Shown in pieces: positions 8,806-19,466 of a DNA stretch of 64,000 bases. The stretch comes from Candidatus Poribacteria bacterium. GTDB lineage: Bacteria; Poribacteria; WGA-4E; JAJDTR01. The position numbers were made by a program, and so were the translations under genes. How positions within the stretch are numbered: position 1 is the stretch's first letter; each line of letters opens with the position of its first letter. Location of the stretch: positions 4,224,001 through 4,288,000 of the forward strand of contig CBDCTK010000002.1 in NCBI GenBank assembly GCA_965222225.1, written 5' to 3'. A model generated the notes under the pieces. It did no database searches. It was not told where the DNA came from and saw nothing but the letters and a program-made list of their open reading frames with translations.

Positions 8806-11800
8806 TCAGATAGACTTCAAACTCCTCGCCTTACTCAACCGCGCCTCGACAAGATTCACAACCGCCTCATAAACCCCGTCCCGTTCCCCTTGCGTGAGGT
8901 CGAGGGCATCAAAGACGATTGCATCAAGGGCGCGGCGGTCATCAGATGGTTCCAGCATCTCCCATGAAGATGATGCGAAAATGGCTTCATCGTCAAACAC
9001 GATTGTCGTTGGGTCTAGACAAAACAATTCCGCAACTTCATAGGTCTGTATTTTCAGCAATCCTCCGCCGAAATTGGAACGGCCAGCCATATTCACCATA
9101 AGTTGAAACAAAGATGAATTCACGGAGACACACAAACGCAATGTCAAGCCTGAATCCGTGTGTACCTCTTGAAAGTTGTCGCTTGCGAAACAACTGTCCG
9201 GAGCATAAAGTGTTCTTGCTGTTGAAGAAATCAAGTAGTTGAAAGCAAGGTGTGGAATCCGCCGTTGCCCCAAATCCCACCATCGCGCCCGACCTCGGCA
9301 ACTCGGCCTCTCATCAAATTCTTGCGACTCACCCCACTCAATGTATTTCAGCGCTGCCGTGCCGTCCAAGTCTTCTTTGTCTTTCCCGCAGATAAACAGC
9401 TTAAACTTCAGCCGGCTTGGGTCGATTAGGATGCTTTTGCATTCTCGCGGGCTTTTGATGACAGGATTCAGGAACTCCTCCTCGATTTCCCATTGACGGA
9501 TGGCGTCGGCATCAAGGTAAAAAAACTCGTTTGCTCCCGTCGTAAAACCACGTCGCACCTCTGCAACATCGCCCAAACGCACCAGTTTGTCCCTTCCCTT
9601 CTTCAGAATTGTCCAGTAGATGTCGGGTGCGCGGAGGTACTTGCCGCCCCACTTGTCGCCGGTGTACTTTGCCGTGGCAGACTTATCTGTGGTTTGATTA
9701 TCTCCGCCTGATTCCAGGAGCGCGCGTTGGGAGACGGGGAAAATGCGGTGTTCTTCCGTGCTCTTTCGTTCACTAGTCTCCTCAACCTCCTCGAAAATAA
9801 CCGGTGACAGCACACTCTCAAAGGGGGTTTTGAACATCACAAACCGTGCGATCTCATCTAATCCCGACCAGCGTTTTTCGTCGGGTGCGGAGAAGAGGCA
9901 GATGACGGTGTTCACATCGGCGGAGGCGAAGGAGCGCCGCGACTGGTTGTCAATAATCTGCTTGATGTGGCAGTGCTTGAGGAGGAATTCCTGAAGGTCT
10001 TTTCCGTAGCCGACATCCAGCCACGAATTGGAGGTGATGAAACAGAACGAGCCTTTCGGATTGAGGAGGGAAAGTCCGTGAAAATAGAAATAGATGTAGA
10101 GGTCGCTTTTGGCGTCGAGCTTGTGGGAGACAGCAGCGGCGGGGTTGTCCGGTTTGATATCCTTCTCGCGTTTGTACCCGAAGAAACGCGGGAAGGCTTG
10201 ATACACGGCGCGGGCAAGTTTTGTTTTGTAGGCTTTCTTGTTAGCGGTTGTAATGTCTTCGCGCGGGAGCTTCGGATCAGCGATGTTCTCCTGCCGTACG
10301 TACGGCGGGTTGCCGATGACAATATCGAATCCGCGTTTATCGTCGGAAAAGATTTCGACAAAGGCGATGTCCCAGACAAATGGCGAAGTAGGTGCGTTCG
10401 CGAGAGCGCCCCGTGCCTCTACAAGACGGTCGTAGTCTATGGTCAACACCTCAATCTGTTTGCTCCATTCTATTTCTTGGCGTTTGAGTTTCTGGCTGGT
10501 TGTCTCATCAATTGTCCCTTCAATCGTGATCTGCTGTGCTTTGAGATCATTGATAAGCTCCTTTAGGTCGTCAATTTGCTTTTTGACATCTTCGGCGTGT
10601 GTATCCACGAGATCTCGGAAAAGGTTCAACTCTTCCTGTTCTAGCGCTTGTTTAGACCTGTAGCGACAGGTTTTGTCGTTGTTGAAGAATTTGAGTTTTT
10701 CAGTTTTGAGACGGGTGGTACGTGCTTTTAATGATCTCGGTATCCCACTGAAATCGGCGCGGATTTGGACGAGGTTCATGCCGCCGATTTCTTGAAGGAG
10801 GCCATCGCCGCATCGGATGTTGAACGAGAAGTGCGGGAGGAGAGGCTCTATTCGTAATTGGAGTTCAGCGCGGGGAATATCGGCGTCAATGATGAGTGCC
10901 AGCCAAAGTCGCAGTTCTGCCACGTGGCACGCCCACTCCATTACGTCCACGCCGTAGAGATTCTTCCCGATGATGGCTTTCTTGCGATCGAAACTCAATT
11001 GTTCATACCCAAGTACGCGATTTGCTCTATCCTGCAGATCGTCAAGGATATGCAGCATCCCGACCAGAAATGAACCGGAACCGCAGGCTGGATCGACGAC
11101 GGCGAGTCCTTTAAGACGCTCATCAAGCTGATTCCAGAGGTTCTTTTCTCGGAGTTGTTGATCTGCACGTGTTCTTTCGTCGGGTTCAAAGGCGAAAACG
11201 GCTTTGTAGAGGGCAGATTTATTTTCTTCTCCCAAGTGATTTGCCAGGTTGTCCACCAGCGCGTCGGCACATCAGGTCGATTTCTGTGCGAGGGGTGTAG
11301 AAGATGCCGGCATCACCCTGTTTATCCGTCTCCTCCGAGACGTTGACCAGGCTCTCATACACCTTTCCAATCATCTCCGGATCGACGGCGACCTCTTGAT
11401 CGAGCGGGCTGTCTTCGGCGATGGTGAAGTTGTAGCTTTCAAGGAAATTGAAAATACTCTTAAAGCGAGAGTCAGAGATTTGAAAGTCGTGTTGGCTGTC
11501 GAGGTCGTTCTCGGTGAACAGCCCGCCGTTGAGGTAAGGGGCTGAGGCTAACGCCCTTCGAATCTCGTCCGGGAAATGGCGGTGTCCGCCGTGGAATCTG
11601 TTATTGAACGCCTCAAAGAACATGACGTTGAGCCAATGTTCAACGAACGAGTCGACCGGCTGATCTGTCGTCTGATAGGACTCCCAGAACGTCCGTAGAA
11701 AGTCGGTGTTGTCACCAAGCCAACCTTTCCGCTGGATGAAGTAGAGAAACATACAGCGGTTGAGAAACTGCAAAGCGTAATCGTGCGCCCATTGGTTGTC

Positions 11801-12412
11801 ATCCGTCTGATCCGCCAAATCATCCTGCAAACGCTGAAAAACGGATTTGTAGGCGTCGAAGAAGCCTTTGGTAACGGCTTCAACGTCAAAGGCTTTGTCG
11901 TGACGGCTTTGAATTTCAAGCGGCGAGTCTAAGGATTCTGCATCCAGCATCGCAATCCGCTCTGAGGCGGTACGAAGTTTTTCACGCGGGCTAATCGTAA
12001 TGCGGCGGTAGAGTCGGCGTTTCTCCGGATGTTCTTCGTCGAATTTGGCATTGACGAAGTGCCAGTCGGTTTGCTCCCGGTTGCTGAACATGAAAAGGGC
12101 GTAGGGGTAGTCTTTCAGGAGACGAGAGATGATGGGTCGTTCGGCGGTCAGGGGCAGGCGGTCCGAGTCGAGACGGGTATAGATGAGGTGAAAATCGGAG
12201 TCATTTCCGCCTGTCGCAAATAGGAGCGGGTCTTCAGCCGTGCGAGAAGTGTTTGACTGGTTCCTGTCGCCAAGGGAAATCGGGGCGTTTTGGTAATCGT
12301 AGTTCAATTCCGTACAGAAGAGTTCTCTGAGGGGTTTGATTCCGCGGAAGTTTTGGAGGATGTCGTGGATTCTTTGTTCGTCGGGGAGGTCATGTGGCAT
12401 AGATGTTCTCAC
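8806..12412 (-). pseudogene. Eco57I/Type IIG-like N6-adenine DNA methyltransferase, frameshifted near 11262
   Basis: ORFs 11219-12412 (DPEMIGKVYE, GIFYTP) and 8806-11256 (VDPACGSGSF, GNPPYVRQE, C-terminal TRD) are contiguous halves; junction reads TGC CGA C GCG CTG GTG GAC. Confidence 0.85.
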
Positions 12413-12450
12413 AATGCATTTTTTTGTAAGTTGGGAGTCGGGAATCGGAG

Positions 12451-12487
12451 GGGATCTCTATCGCACTCCTTATTCAGTCGCTTGATC
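12451..12487 (+). repeat. Single 35-bp micro-element in a REP-like (..CCTAC) host
   Basis: GGGATCTCTATCGCACTCCTTATTCAGTCGCTTGATC. Confidence 0.85.
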
Positions 12488-12729
12488 CGTCCTACGGTAG
12501 AAGCCCCGCTGAAAATCCCCATACTATAATCGTACAGTTTTCGATTCAAGTCAAGCAAACAATCAAGTTTGGACTGCCTCCGACCTTGACAACGGAGACG
12601 AAATCGTGCGAGCCACCTTGGGAAGGTTTAGTATCAAACGCATTTTGTCAACGGCTGTGTCCTTTGATTCGTTAGGACTTGTATTCGGATACACAAAGAG
12701 AACGTCAAAGGTAAACTAGGAGGAACGAA

Positions 12730-13143
12730 ATGAGAATTGTAGCAATCTTAATGTTGGTGTTATTGACAGCTTGCGCCGAGATATACGAGGAGTTTAGGGA
12801 ACATGAAGAAAATGACAAACATGAAGAACACACTGAAATCTTGACCCTAGGTCCCTACACGATGCAGTGCTACGGGCCATTTGAGCAAGACTGCTTTATG
12901 GAGTACAACGAGGAAGCGGGACGCTGGCACTTTTTCTACGACGGTATTGAAGGCTTCCACTTTGAACCGGGGTACATCTATACGCTTGAGGTTAGGTTGG
13001 AGGACCGCGGCACCGAGATTCAGGATGTGGGACGCTATTCGTATCACCTGATAAAGATAGTGGATAAGGTAAAAGCGCCAGATGACTTTGATTACGCGAA
13101 AAACGAGAAACCCCAACTTTCAGATCTTGAATCTGGTGCATGA
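12730..13143 (+). CDS. DUF4377-domain lipoprotein
   Basis: Lipobox LTAC; C..GPFEQDC, FYDGIEGFHFEPGYIYTLEV motif. Confidence 0.85.
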   Translation: MRIVAILMLVLLTACAEIYEEFREHEENDKHEEHTEILTLGPYTMQCYGPFEQDCFMEYNEEAGRWHFFYDGIEGFHFEPGYIYTLEVRLEDRGTEIQDVGRYSYHLIKIVDKVKAPDDFDYAKNEKPQLSDLESGA

Positions 13144-13224
13144 GAATAGGTGTGATAAGACTTACACAAATGCAACCCATCCCGTGAATATGATTCGTCA
13201 CAGGTAGATTTAGGAGAGGCGAAA

Positions 13225-13566
13225 ATGAGATTCGTAATATTCGTTGTATTGGCGCTATTGGTGGCTTGCGGCGAAGAGCACACCGAGGTCCTAACGCTTG
13301 GTCCCTATACCAAGCGGTGCGTTGGGGCTTTTGAGCAAGACTGTTTTATGGAATACAACGAGGAAGCGCAACGCTGGCACTTTTTCTACGATGTTATTCA
13401 AGGCTTCGACTTTGAGCCGGGGTACATCTATACGCTTGAGGTTGGGTTGGAGGATCGTGGCACCGAGATACAGGATGTCGGACGGTATTCGTATCACCTT
13501 ACAAAGATAGTGGATAAAGTGAAATCTCCTGATGATTTTGACTACGCAAAGAACGAGAAGCCTTAA
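13225..13566 (+). CDS. DUF4377-domain lipoprotein, tandem paralogue
   Basis: Lipobox LVAC; near-identical core to 12730-13143. Confidence 0.85.
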   Translation: MRFVIFVVLALLVACGEEHTEVLTLGPYTKRCVGAFEQDCFMEYNEEAQRWHFFYDVIQGFDFEPGYIYTLEVGLEDRGTEIQDVGRYSYHLTKIVDKVKSPDDFDYAKNEKP

Positions 13567-13855
13567 TTCTCAGGACTTGAATGTTGTGTACGCGAACAAA
13601 TGTGATAGGACGTACACAATTGAGCCCTCAAATCCGTCTAACTCGGAGATTTCACCGTAGGGATAAGGAGGATTTCAATCGCGGGGGATTTACTATCGCC
13701 TTAGTATCCGCACAGTTAATTCTATCCGGTCGCTCAACATTCACTCGCCTCAGCCTGCTGTGGGGCTTTCTGCAGGAAATGGTGGGCGGTGCCCACCCTA
13801 CAAATATACTACAGCTCCTAAAATGTCGCGGTTTAGAAAAAGTTTGCAAAAAGAA

Positions 13856-13884
13856 TTGACAATCCCTTGACCATAAGATATAAT
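13856..13884 (+). promoter_or_regulatory. Consensus sigma70 promoter
   Basis: TTGACA-N17-TATAAT, perfect match. Confidence 0.7.
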
Positions 13885-13907
13885 AGCGCGCAACACGCGT
13901 GGCTGGC

Positions 13908-13997
13908 TTGAGACTGAGTCTCAGAGTCAATAACTAGTGGTATATAATAGCATCGGGATTTAATTTGAGAATGCATGATACTGAGTCTCAATATCAT
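13908..13997. promoter_or_regulatory. Two 7-1-7 palindromic operators (Fur-box-like)
   Basis: TGAGACT-G-AGTCTCA (13909-13923, perfect) and TGATACT-G-AGTCTCA (13976-13990), next to bfr and the Fe ABC genes. Confidence 0.55.
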
Positions 13998-14215
13998 ATT
14001 TTGCAGCCGCGTGACGGTCAAAACCGAATTCATCCGCAATAATATTTTTAACCTGTAGATTCTAGGCATCCAATCCTTGCACGTCACTTGATTGGTTCAC
14101 TTGCGGCAAAGCGTTATATAATACGTTTTGGGTTGAAACATATCTCTAGACCTCTTCGTTAATCGCATTGCCATCTGTGTATTCGGTGCAAAGTAAATTA
14201 GGCGTTCTCTTCGTC

Positions 14216-14689
14216 TTATTCGGCGTCAATCTGTTGCGCGAGGTAGTTTTCAATGCCCATCTGGCTAATTTGGTCCAGTTGTGCCTCAATCCAGTCAACG
14301 TGTTCCTCCTCCTCTCGGAGAATTTCTTCAAACAGTTCCTCCGTGCCAAAGTCCTTCAGGGTATGCGCAAGTTGAATCAATTCGTTCAACCGTTCAATAG
14401 CTTCCTTCTCAAGGGCGCAATCGTTATCCATCATCTCCTTAACGGTTTTGCCAATCTTGATTTCAAAGTATCGTGCCATGTTCGGCAAACCATCCAGGTA
14501 GAGAACTCGCGCTATCAATTTTTCAGCGTGCCTCATTTCTCCGATGGAATGTTCTCGAATCGCGGCGTGCAGGCGCTCATAACCCCAATTTTCGCACATT
14601 TCCGAATGAGCGAAATATTGGTTGATTGCGGTTAGCTCAGAGGTCAGTATTTCGTTGAGTGCTTCAATGATGTCGGGATGGCCGTACAA
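14216..14689 (-). CDS. bfr: Bacterioferritin
   Basis: ELTAINQYFAH, EMRHAEKLIARVLYLDG, EEEHVDWIE ferroxidase motifs. Confidence 0.95.
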   Translation of the reverse strand: MYGHPDIIEALNEILTSELTAINQYFAHSEMCENWGYERLHAAIREHSIGEMRHAEKLIARVLYLDGLPNMARYFEIKIGKTVKEMMDNDCALEKEAIERLNELIQLAHTLKDFGTEELFEEILREEEEHVDWIEAQLDQISQMGIENYLAQQIDAE

Positions 14690-14859
14690 TTTGGTCTCCT
14701 CTTCGGTTTGGTATAAATTAGATTTAATGTAAAGCTTGTAAGACTACGAACACAGTTAAAGCATAGTTTAGAAACGTGGGCGATGTCAAGCAAAAGTGAG
14801 GGAGGTAAGAATTCTGTACACTCGACCTAGACCGGCCAAGGGAAAGTAATTTCGGGATT

Positions 14860-15348
14860 TTGATTCCTCTTGTGTCCGAATCGAGTGGAATTCCCAGACA
14901 TAGTTATATGCCTTTACAAATCCAAACAGCATCGGTGAATCGAGAAGAATCTCGATTCGTAAAAGCGACAGAGACCAACAACGTGACCCCGGGAAGTAGT
15001 GTCGCCGTAAAGTTGGAAGGTAATTTCATTGGAATACACAATGTTGATGGCGAGTACTACGCTATCGATAATATCTGCCCTCACGTGGGCGGCGTTTTGC
15101 ACGCGGGCAAACAGGAAGGCGGTGTTATTGTTTGTCCAATCCATGAGTGGAAATTTGATGTGAAAACAGGGAAATGCATCTGGCCCGGCGAATGTGAATT
15201 GGCTACCTATCCTTTGAAGGTAAGCGGAGGTGATATCTTGGTTGACGTGGATTCACCAAGTACCCCGCAGAAACGTAGTCGTCTTCGCGCGTGTTCAACT
15301 AATACCAATGACCAATCGAAATCAAGCGAATGGAGGATACAGAGTTGA
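14860..15348 (+). CDS. Rieske [2Fe-2S] ferredoxin (true start probably downstream)
   Basis: CPHVG and CPIHEWKFD Rieske ligand motifs. Confidence 0.85.
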   Translation: MIPLVSESSGIPRHSYMPLQIQTASVNREESRFVKATETNNVTPGSSVAVKLEGNFIGIHNVDGEYYAIDNICPHVGGVLHAGKQEGGVIVCPIHEWKFDVKTGKCIWPGECELATYPLKVSGGDILVDVDSPSTPQKRSRLRACSTNTNDQSKSSEWRIQS

Positions 15349-16346
15349 AATTCCTCGTGCTGGCAATCAGTATTCTAACGGTTGTGGCGACGTGCGGTGC
15401 CGTAGACGCAAAAGAACTGGTTCTCTATTCCGGTAGAAGCAAGAGTCTGGTTGAACCGATAATTAAGCAATTTGAGAATGAGACGCAAATTAAGGTGAAG
15501 GTGCGTTACGGCGGCACAGCGGAGCTTGCAGTTGCATTGTTGGAGGAGGGGGAGAATAGTCCCGCCGATCTCTTCTGGGCTCAAGATGCGGGGGCGCTCG
15601 GTGCAATCAGTAAGCGTGGTCTATTTCAACAACTGCCTGACACAATCCCTTCGAAAGTGCCTGAAAAATTCCGCGATTCGGGAGGAATGTGGGTGGCTAC
15701 CAGCGGACGTGCTCGTGTCATCGCATACTCCTCCGACCAGATTAAAGCTGAGGACGTGCCCGACAGCATCTTTGAGTTGACGGATTCAAAATGGCAGGGA
15801 CGGGTTGGATGGGCACCGCAGAACGCTTCGTTCCAGGCATTTGTGACGGCGATGCGCGTTGGAATCGGGGAGGAAAAGACCGAGGAATGGCTGCGTGGAA
15901 TGAAGGCGAACAAAACAAAAGGTTATGCCAAGAATACTCCGATCATCAAAGCGCTCGCAGCGGGCGAGATCGATCTGGGTCTGCCGAATCATTACTACCT
16001 GTTGCGATTCAAGAAAACCGATTCCGAGTTCCCGGTCGAACAAGCTTTCTTTAAACCCGACGACCCGGGAAATCTCGTCAATATCTCAGGCATCGGACAT
16101 CTAAAAACCAGCCAAAACTCCGAAGAAGCTCTCGCCCTGATCCAATTCTTGCTCTCTTCCCAAGCACAACAGTTTTTCGTCAGTGAAGTCTTTGAGTATC
16201 CTATAACCAATAACGCAGTTCCAAATCCAAACCCGAAGCTAGTGCCGCTTGCAGAACTACTGGAGCGGACACCGAAAATCAATCTTGGAGACTTGGACGA
16301 TCTTGACGGCACCCTCAAACTTCTAAGGAAGGTGGGAATCTTGTGA
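15330..16346 (+). CDS. Fe3+ ABC transporter substrate-binding protein (FutA/AfuA/FbpA family)
   Basis: Signal peptide, LYSGR, SPADLF, NHYY iron-binding tyrosines. Confidence 0.92.
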   Translation: MEDTELKFLVLAISILTVVATCGAVDAKELVLYSGRSKSLVEPIIKQFENETQIKVKVRYGGTAELAVALLEEGENSPADLFWAQDAGALGAISKRGLFQQLPDTIPSKVPEKFRDSGGMWVATSGRARVIAYSSDQIKAEDVPDSIFELTDSKWQGRVGWAPQNASFQAFVTAMRVGIGEEKTEEWLRGMKANKTKGYAKNTPIIKALAAGEIDLGLPNHYYLLRFKKTDSEFPVEQAFFKPDDPGNLVNISGIGHLKTSQNSEEALALIQFLLSSQAQQFFVSEVFEYPITNNAVPNPNPKLVPLAELLERTPKINLGDLDDLDGTLKLLRKVGIL

Positions 16347-17926
16347 CATTTCACAAGATTGGTCGGGTTCTACAGTGGTTCTTCTTCCTCCTCCCGACGT
16401 TTATTGTTAGCTTGAGTGTGCTCGTGTCTTTAGCGTACCTTGTTTTACGGGCCGCTGAGGCAGACAGTGCGGAGTTGATCGAGGTTGTTTTTCGATCAAG
16501 AACTCTTTTCCTCTTTGGCAACACAGTGTTGCTCGTCGTCGGTGTTGTCGTCGCTGACATCGCTTTGGCATTGCCTTTCGCTTGGATCACCAGCCACACG
16601 AATGTTAAGGCTAAGCGTTTCTTTACGCTGATGGGTGTGTTGCCGCTGGCAATTCCCAGTTACGTGATGGCATACGCTATTCTGGGTTTGGGCGGCAAAG
16701 ACGGGGCATTTGCTCAACTGTTCGGTATAAGCCTCCCTCGGTTGAGTGGATATTGGGGGGCATTGACCGCACTTAGTTTTTATACATTCCCTTACTTTTT
16801 TCTAAATATACGTTCAGCATTGATCGGAGTCGATCCGGCGCTTGAGGAATCTGCCCGCAGTCTCGGCTATCGGCGGCGGGAAGTGTTGTATTACGTCCTT
16901 ATCCCCCAGCTACGCCCGGCGCTCTACGCTAGCGGACTGGTCGTCGGACTACACGTATTGGGTAATTTCGGGGTTGTCTCGCTAATGCGGTATGAAACAT
17001 TTAGTTTCGCAATCTACTTGCAATTAGCCTCTTTCGATCGCATTTACGCGGCATGGCTCGCGCTGATGCTCCTCGTTTTTGCCGGATGCCTGGTCTATGT
17101 CGAAGCACGACTATTGCGAGGCAAGAGTTTTCATCGGGCGGGAATTGGTAGCATTCATCAAAGAAACCTCATCCCACTCAAAGGATGGGGACAACTCTCT
17201 TACCTCTATCTCGGCGTTTTGATATTCAGCTGTATCGCGGTTCCAACTATTACGATAGTATTATGGATGATCAGGGGACTTGATTCGGTGTCTATGGAAA
17301 ACCTCGTTAAAGCGGTGATTGGCTCCCTTGGGGCTGCTGTACCAGCCGCTTTTCTGAGTACTAGCCTTATGCTACCGCTAGTGTACTTGGGAGTTCGTCG
17401 TCCTTCCGCTTTGTCTCGACTGTTGGAGCGCCTCGCCTACATCGGCTATGCCATACCGCCGTTGGCATTCGGGCTGTCTTTGATTTTCTTCGTACAGCGG
17501 GTAATTCCCGGTCTCTATCAAACGTTATGGCTTCTAGTTTATGGTTACACGTTACATTTCATGGCTGAAGCAATCGGTCCCGCACGCAGCACCATTTATC
17601 AAGCTTCGACCAACATTGAGGAAGCGGCGCGTTCCCTCGGTTTTTCGAGGCTAAAGGCCTTTTACAAAGTGACCATTCCCATACTTATCCGAGGGCTGAC
17701 CATAAGCACTGCTTTTGTATTTCTCTCCGCTATGAAAGAACTTCCAATTGCCTTCTTACTCCGCCCTATAGGATATGAGACGTTAGCGTTGAATGTCTGG
17801 AGCAACACCTCCGAAGCCTTTTTTGCCGAAGCGGCTCCATACGCTCTACTTATGATAATCTTCGCCGGGCTATTTGTTGGACTCCTGCTTGTTCGGGAAA
17901 GGAGCGTGCATGAACTGCCTGCTTAA
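16343..17926 (+). CDS. Fe3+ ABC transporter permease
   Basis: Two EESARSLG/EEAARSLG (EAA) loops, many TM helices. Confidence 0.92.
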   Translation: MTFHKIGRVLQWFFFLLPTFIVSLSVLVSLAYLVLRAAEADSAELIEVVFRSRTLFLFGNTVLLVVGVVVADIALALPFAWITSHTNVKAKRFFTLMGVLPLAIPSYVMAYAILGLGGKDGAFAQLFGISLPRLSGYWGALTALSFYTFPYFFLNIRSALIGVDPALEESARSLGYRRREVLYYVLIPQLRPALYASGLVVGLHVLGNFGVVSLMRYETFSFAIYLQLASFDRIYAAWLALMLLVFAGCLVYVEARLLRGKSFHRAGIGSIHQRNLIPLKGWGQLSYLYLGVLIFSCIAVPTITIVLWMIRGLDSVSMENLVKAVIGSLGAAVPAAFLSTSLMLPLVYLGVRRPSALSRLLERLAYIGYAIPPLAFGLSLIFFVQRVIPGLYQTLWLLVYGYTLHFMAEAIGPARSTIYQASTNIEEAARSLGFSRLKAFYKVTIPILIRGLTISTAFVFLSAMKELPIAFLLRPIGYETLALNVWSNTSEAFFAEAAPYALLMIIFAGLFVGLLLVRERSVHELPA

Positions 17927-18953
17927 CCTTCACAACGTGACCAAGCATTTCTCACCACTTCCAGCGCCGGTGGTGGATGATGTTAGCTTCGAGATGAACG
18001 CCGGCGAGATTTTTGCCTTATTGGGACCTAGTGGGTGTGGCAAAACGACGACCTTGCGCCTAATTGCGGGATTCGAGCGATCCGATTCAGGAGAAATTCA
18101 CGTAGAAGACAGATGCATCGAAAGCCTGTCAATCCATGCACCACCCGAGTCGCGCGAGATCGGCTTCGTTTTTCAGGACTATGCGCTTTTTCCGCATCTA
18201 AATGTTTTGGACAATGTCGCGTTCGGTTTGAAGAAATTACCCCCGAAAGCTCGATTCGATCGGGCGTTGGAAGTGCTGGAGATGGTAGAACTTGCCGAAT
18301 TCCGAGGCCGAACGCCTCACGACCTCTCCGGCGGCGAACAGCAACGCGTCGCATTGGCTCGTTCCATCGCTCCAAGCCCCAAACTCATTCTTCTGGACGA
18401 ACCGTTTTCCAATCTTGACGCCGGGTTACGTCAAGCCACCCGCAAAGAGGTGCGACAACTGCTTAAAGATGCCGGGATGAGCGCCATGTTGGTCACACAT
18501 GATCGGGAGGAAGCTCTCAGTTTTGCCGATCGCGTTGCTGTCATGGAAAACGGTAGAATTGAACAGACGGGGGCACCCGAAGCCATGTATAATCGACCCA
18601 AAACCCCGTTTGTGGCAGAATTCCTCGGTAAGACAAATCTCGTTTCGGGCGCCGCTCGTGGAGACTGTGCCGAAACCGATTTAGGTAAATTCAAACTTGA
18701 TTGTCACGCTCAAGGTAGGGTGTTGCTCTCAATAAGACCGGAACATTTGACAATGATTCACGCTACCGCAGGCGAAAAGAATGCCAAATTGGGCAAAATC
18801 GTCGAGCGTGAATTCAAGGGGCACGACCTCACCTATCGGGTGCAGGTCGAAGGCAGAGACTACTTCGTGCAGACCGATTACCGCTGCCCATACCAAATCG
18901 GAGATTGGGTACAACTCAAGGCAGTTGAACCTGGGGTGGTGCTCAATGAATAG
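17910..18953 (+). CDS. Fe3+ ABC transporter ATP-binding protein
   Basis: GPSGCGKT, LSGGEQQR, LLDEP, TOBE-like tail; ATG 17910 with AAGGAG. Confidence 0.92.
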   Translation: MNCLLNLHNVTKHFSPLPAPVVDDVSFEMNAGEIFALLGPSGCGKTTTLRLIAGFERSDSGEIHVEDRCIESLSIHAPPESREIGFVFQDYALFPHLNVLDNVAFGLKKLPPKARFDRALEVLEMVELAEFRGRTPHDLSGGEQQRVALARSIAPSPKLILLDEPFSNLDAGLRQATRKEVRQLLKDAGMSAMLVTHDREEALSFADRVAVMENGRIEQTGAPEAMYNRPKTPFVAEFLGKTNLVSGAARGDCAETDLGKFKLDCHAQGRVLLSIRPEHLTMIHATAGEKNAKLGKIVEREFKGHDLTYRVQVEGRDYFVQTDYRCPYQIGDWVQLKAVEPGVVLNE

Positions 18954-18969
18954 AGTTCAGACCTCAAGT

Positions 18970-19126
18970 GATTAAGCGAGCAAATGGATTGACCGAGATC
19001 GATTTAGCTGATAATGAGGGATCAACCGAACGATGAACTGAGTGGATAACGAAGTCGATAGTAAGTCCTATAGTGAGGGATCAAGGGAACGAACAGTGAC
19101 CGCGATAGAGCTCCCATAGAGATCCC
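18970..19126 (-). repeat. Nested composite of 35-bp micro-elements (minus strand)
   Basis: Outer unit 19020-19126 contains complete inner units at 19079-19115 and 19032-19069; degenerate tails extend to about 18970. Confidence 0.8.
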
Positions 19127-19466
19127 TTAATCCGCGATTCAGACAAGTACCAAAATACCCCTGCCTTATACATTATTCTTTTAGCGAATAAACCACTTGA
19201 ATTTAGACCCTGTTTGAAGAACCATTTTCCTCTATGAAAGCAGCATTAATTGGAGAATGAAATTGCTTTGTCTGGCAACTTTGGTTTCATACCTAAATTT
19301 CATACCAACACCCCTTTGACGTTAATGTCGAAATTGCCCAAAAGCCGCTGATAACAAGAGTTCTCACCTTTTCTTGGACGCTATCGAAACCCTCATTTGG
19401 TATGAAAAATATGAAAAGTATGAAAGTTCTTAGCATTATCAAGCGACGTTCTTTAGGTTCAACTTA

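Noticed and set aside
19285-19430. TTTCATACC / GGTATGAAA inverted repeats downstream of ppk2
   Set aside because: Probably part of a decayed MITE starting near 19206; a matching right end could not be found.
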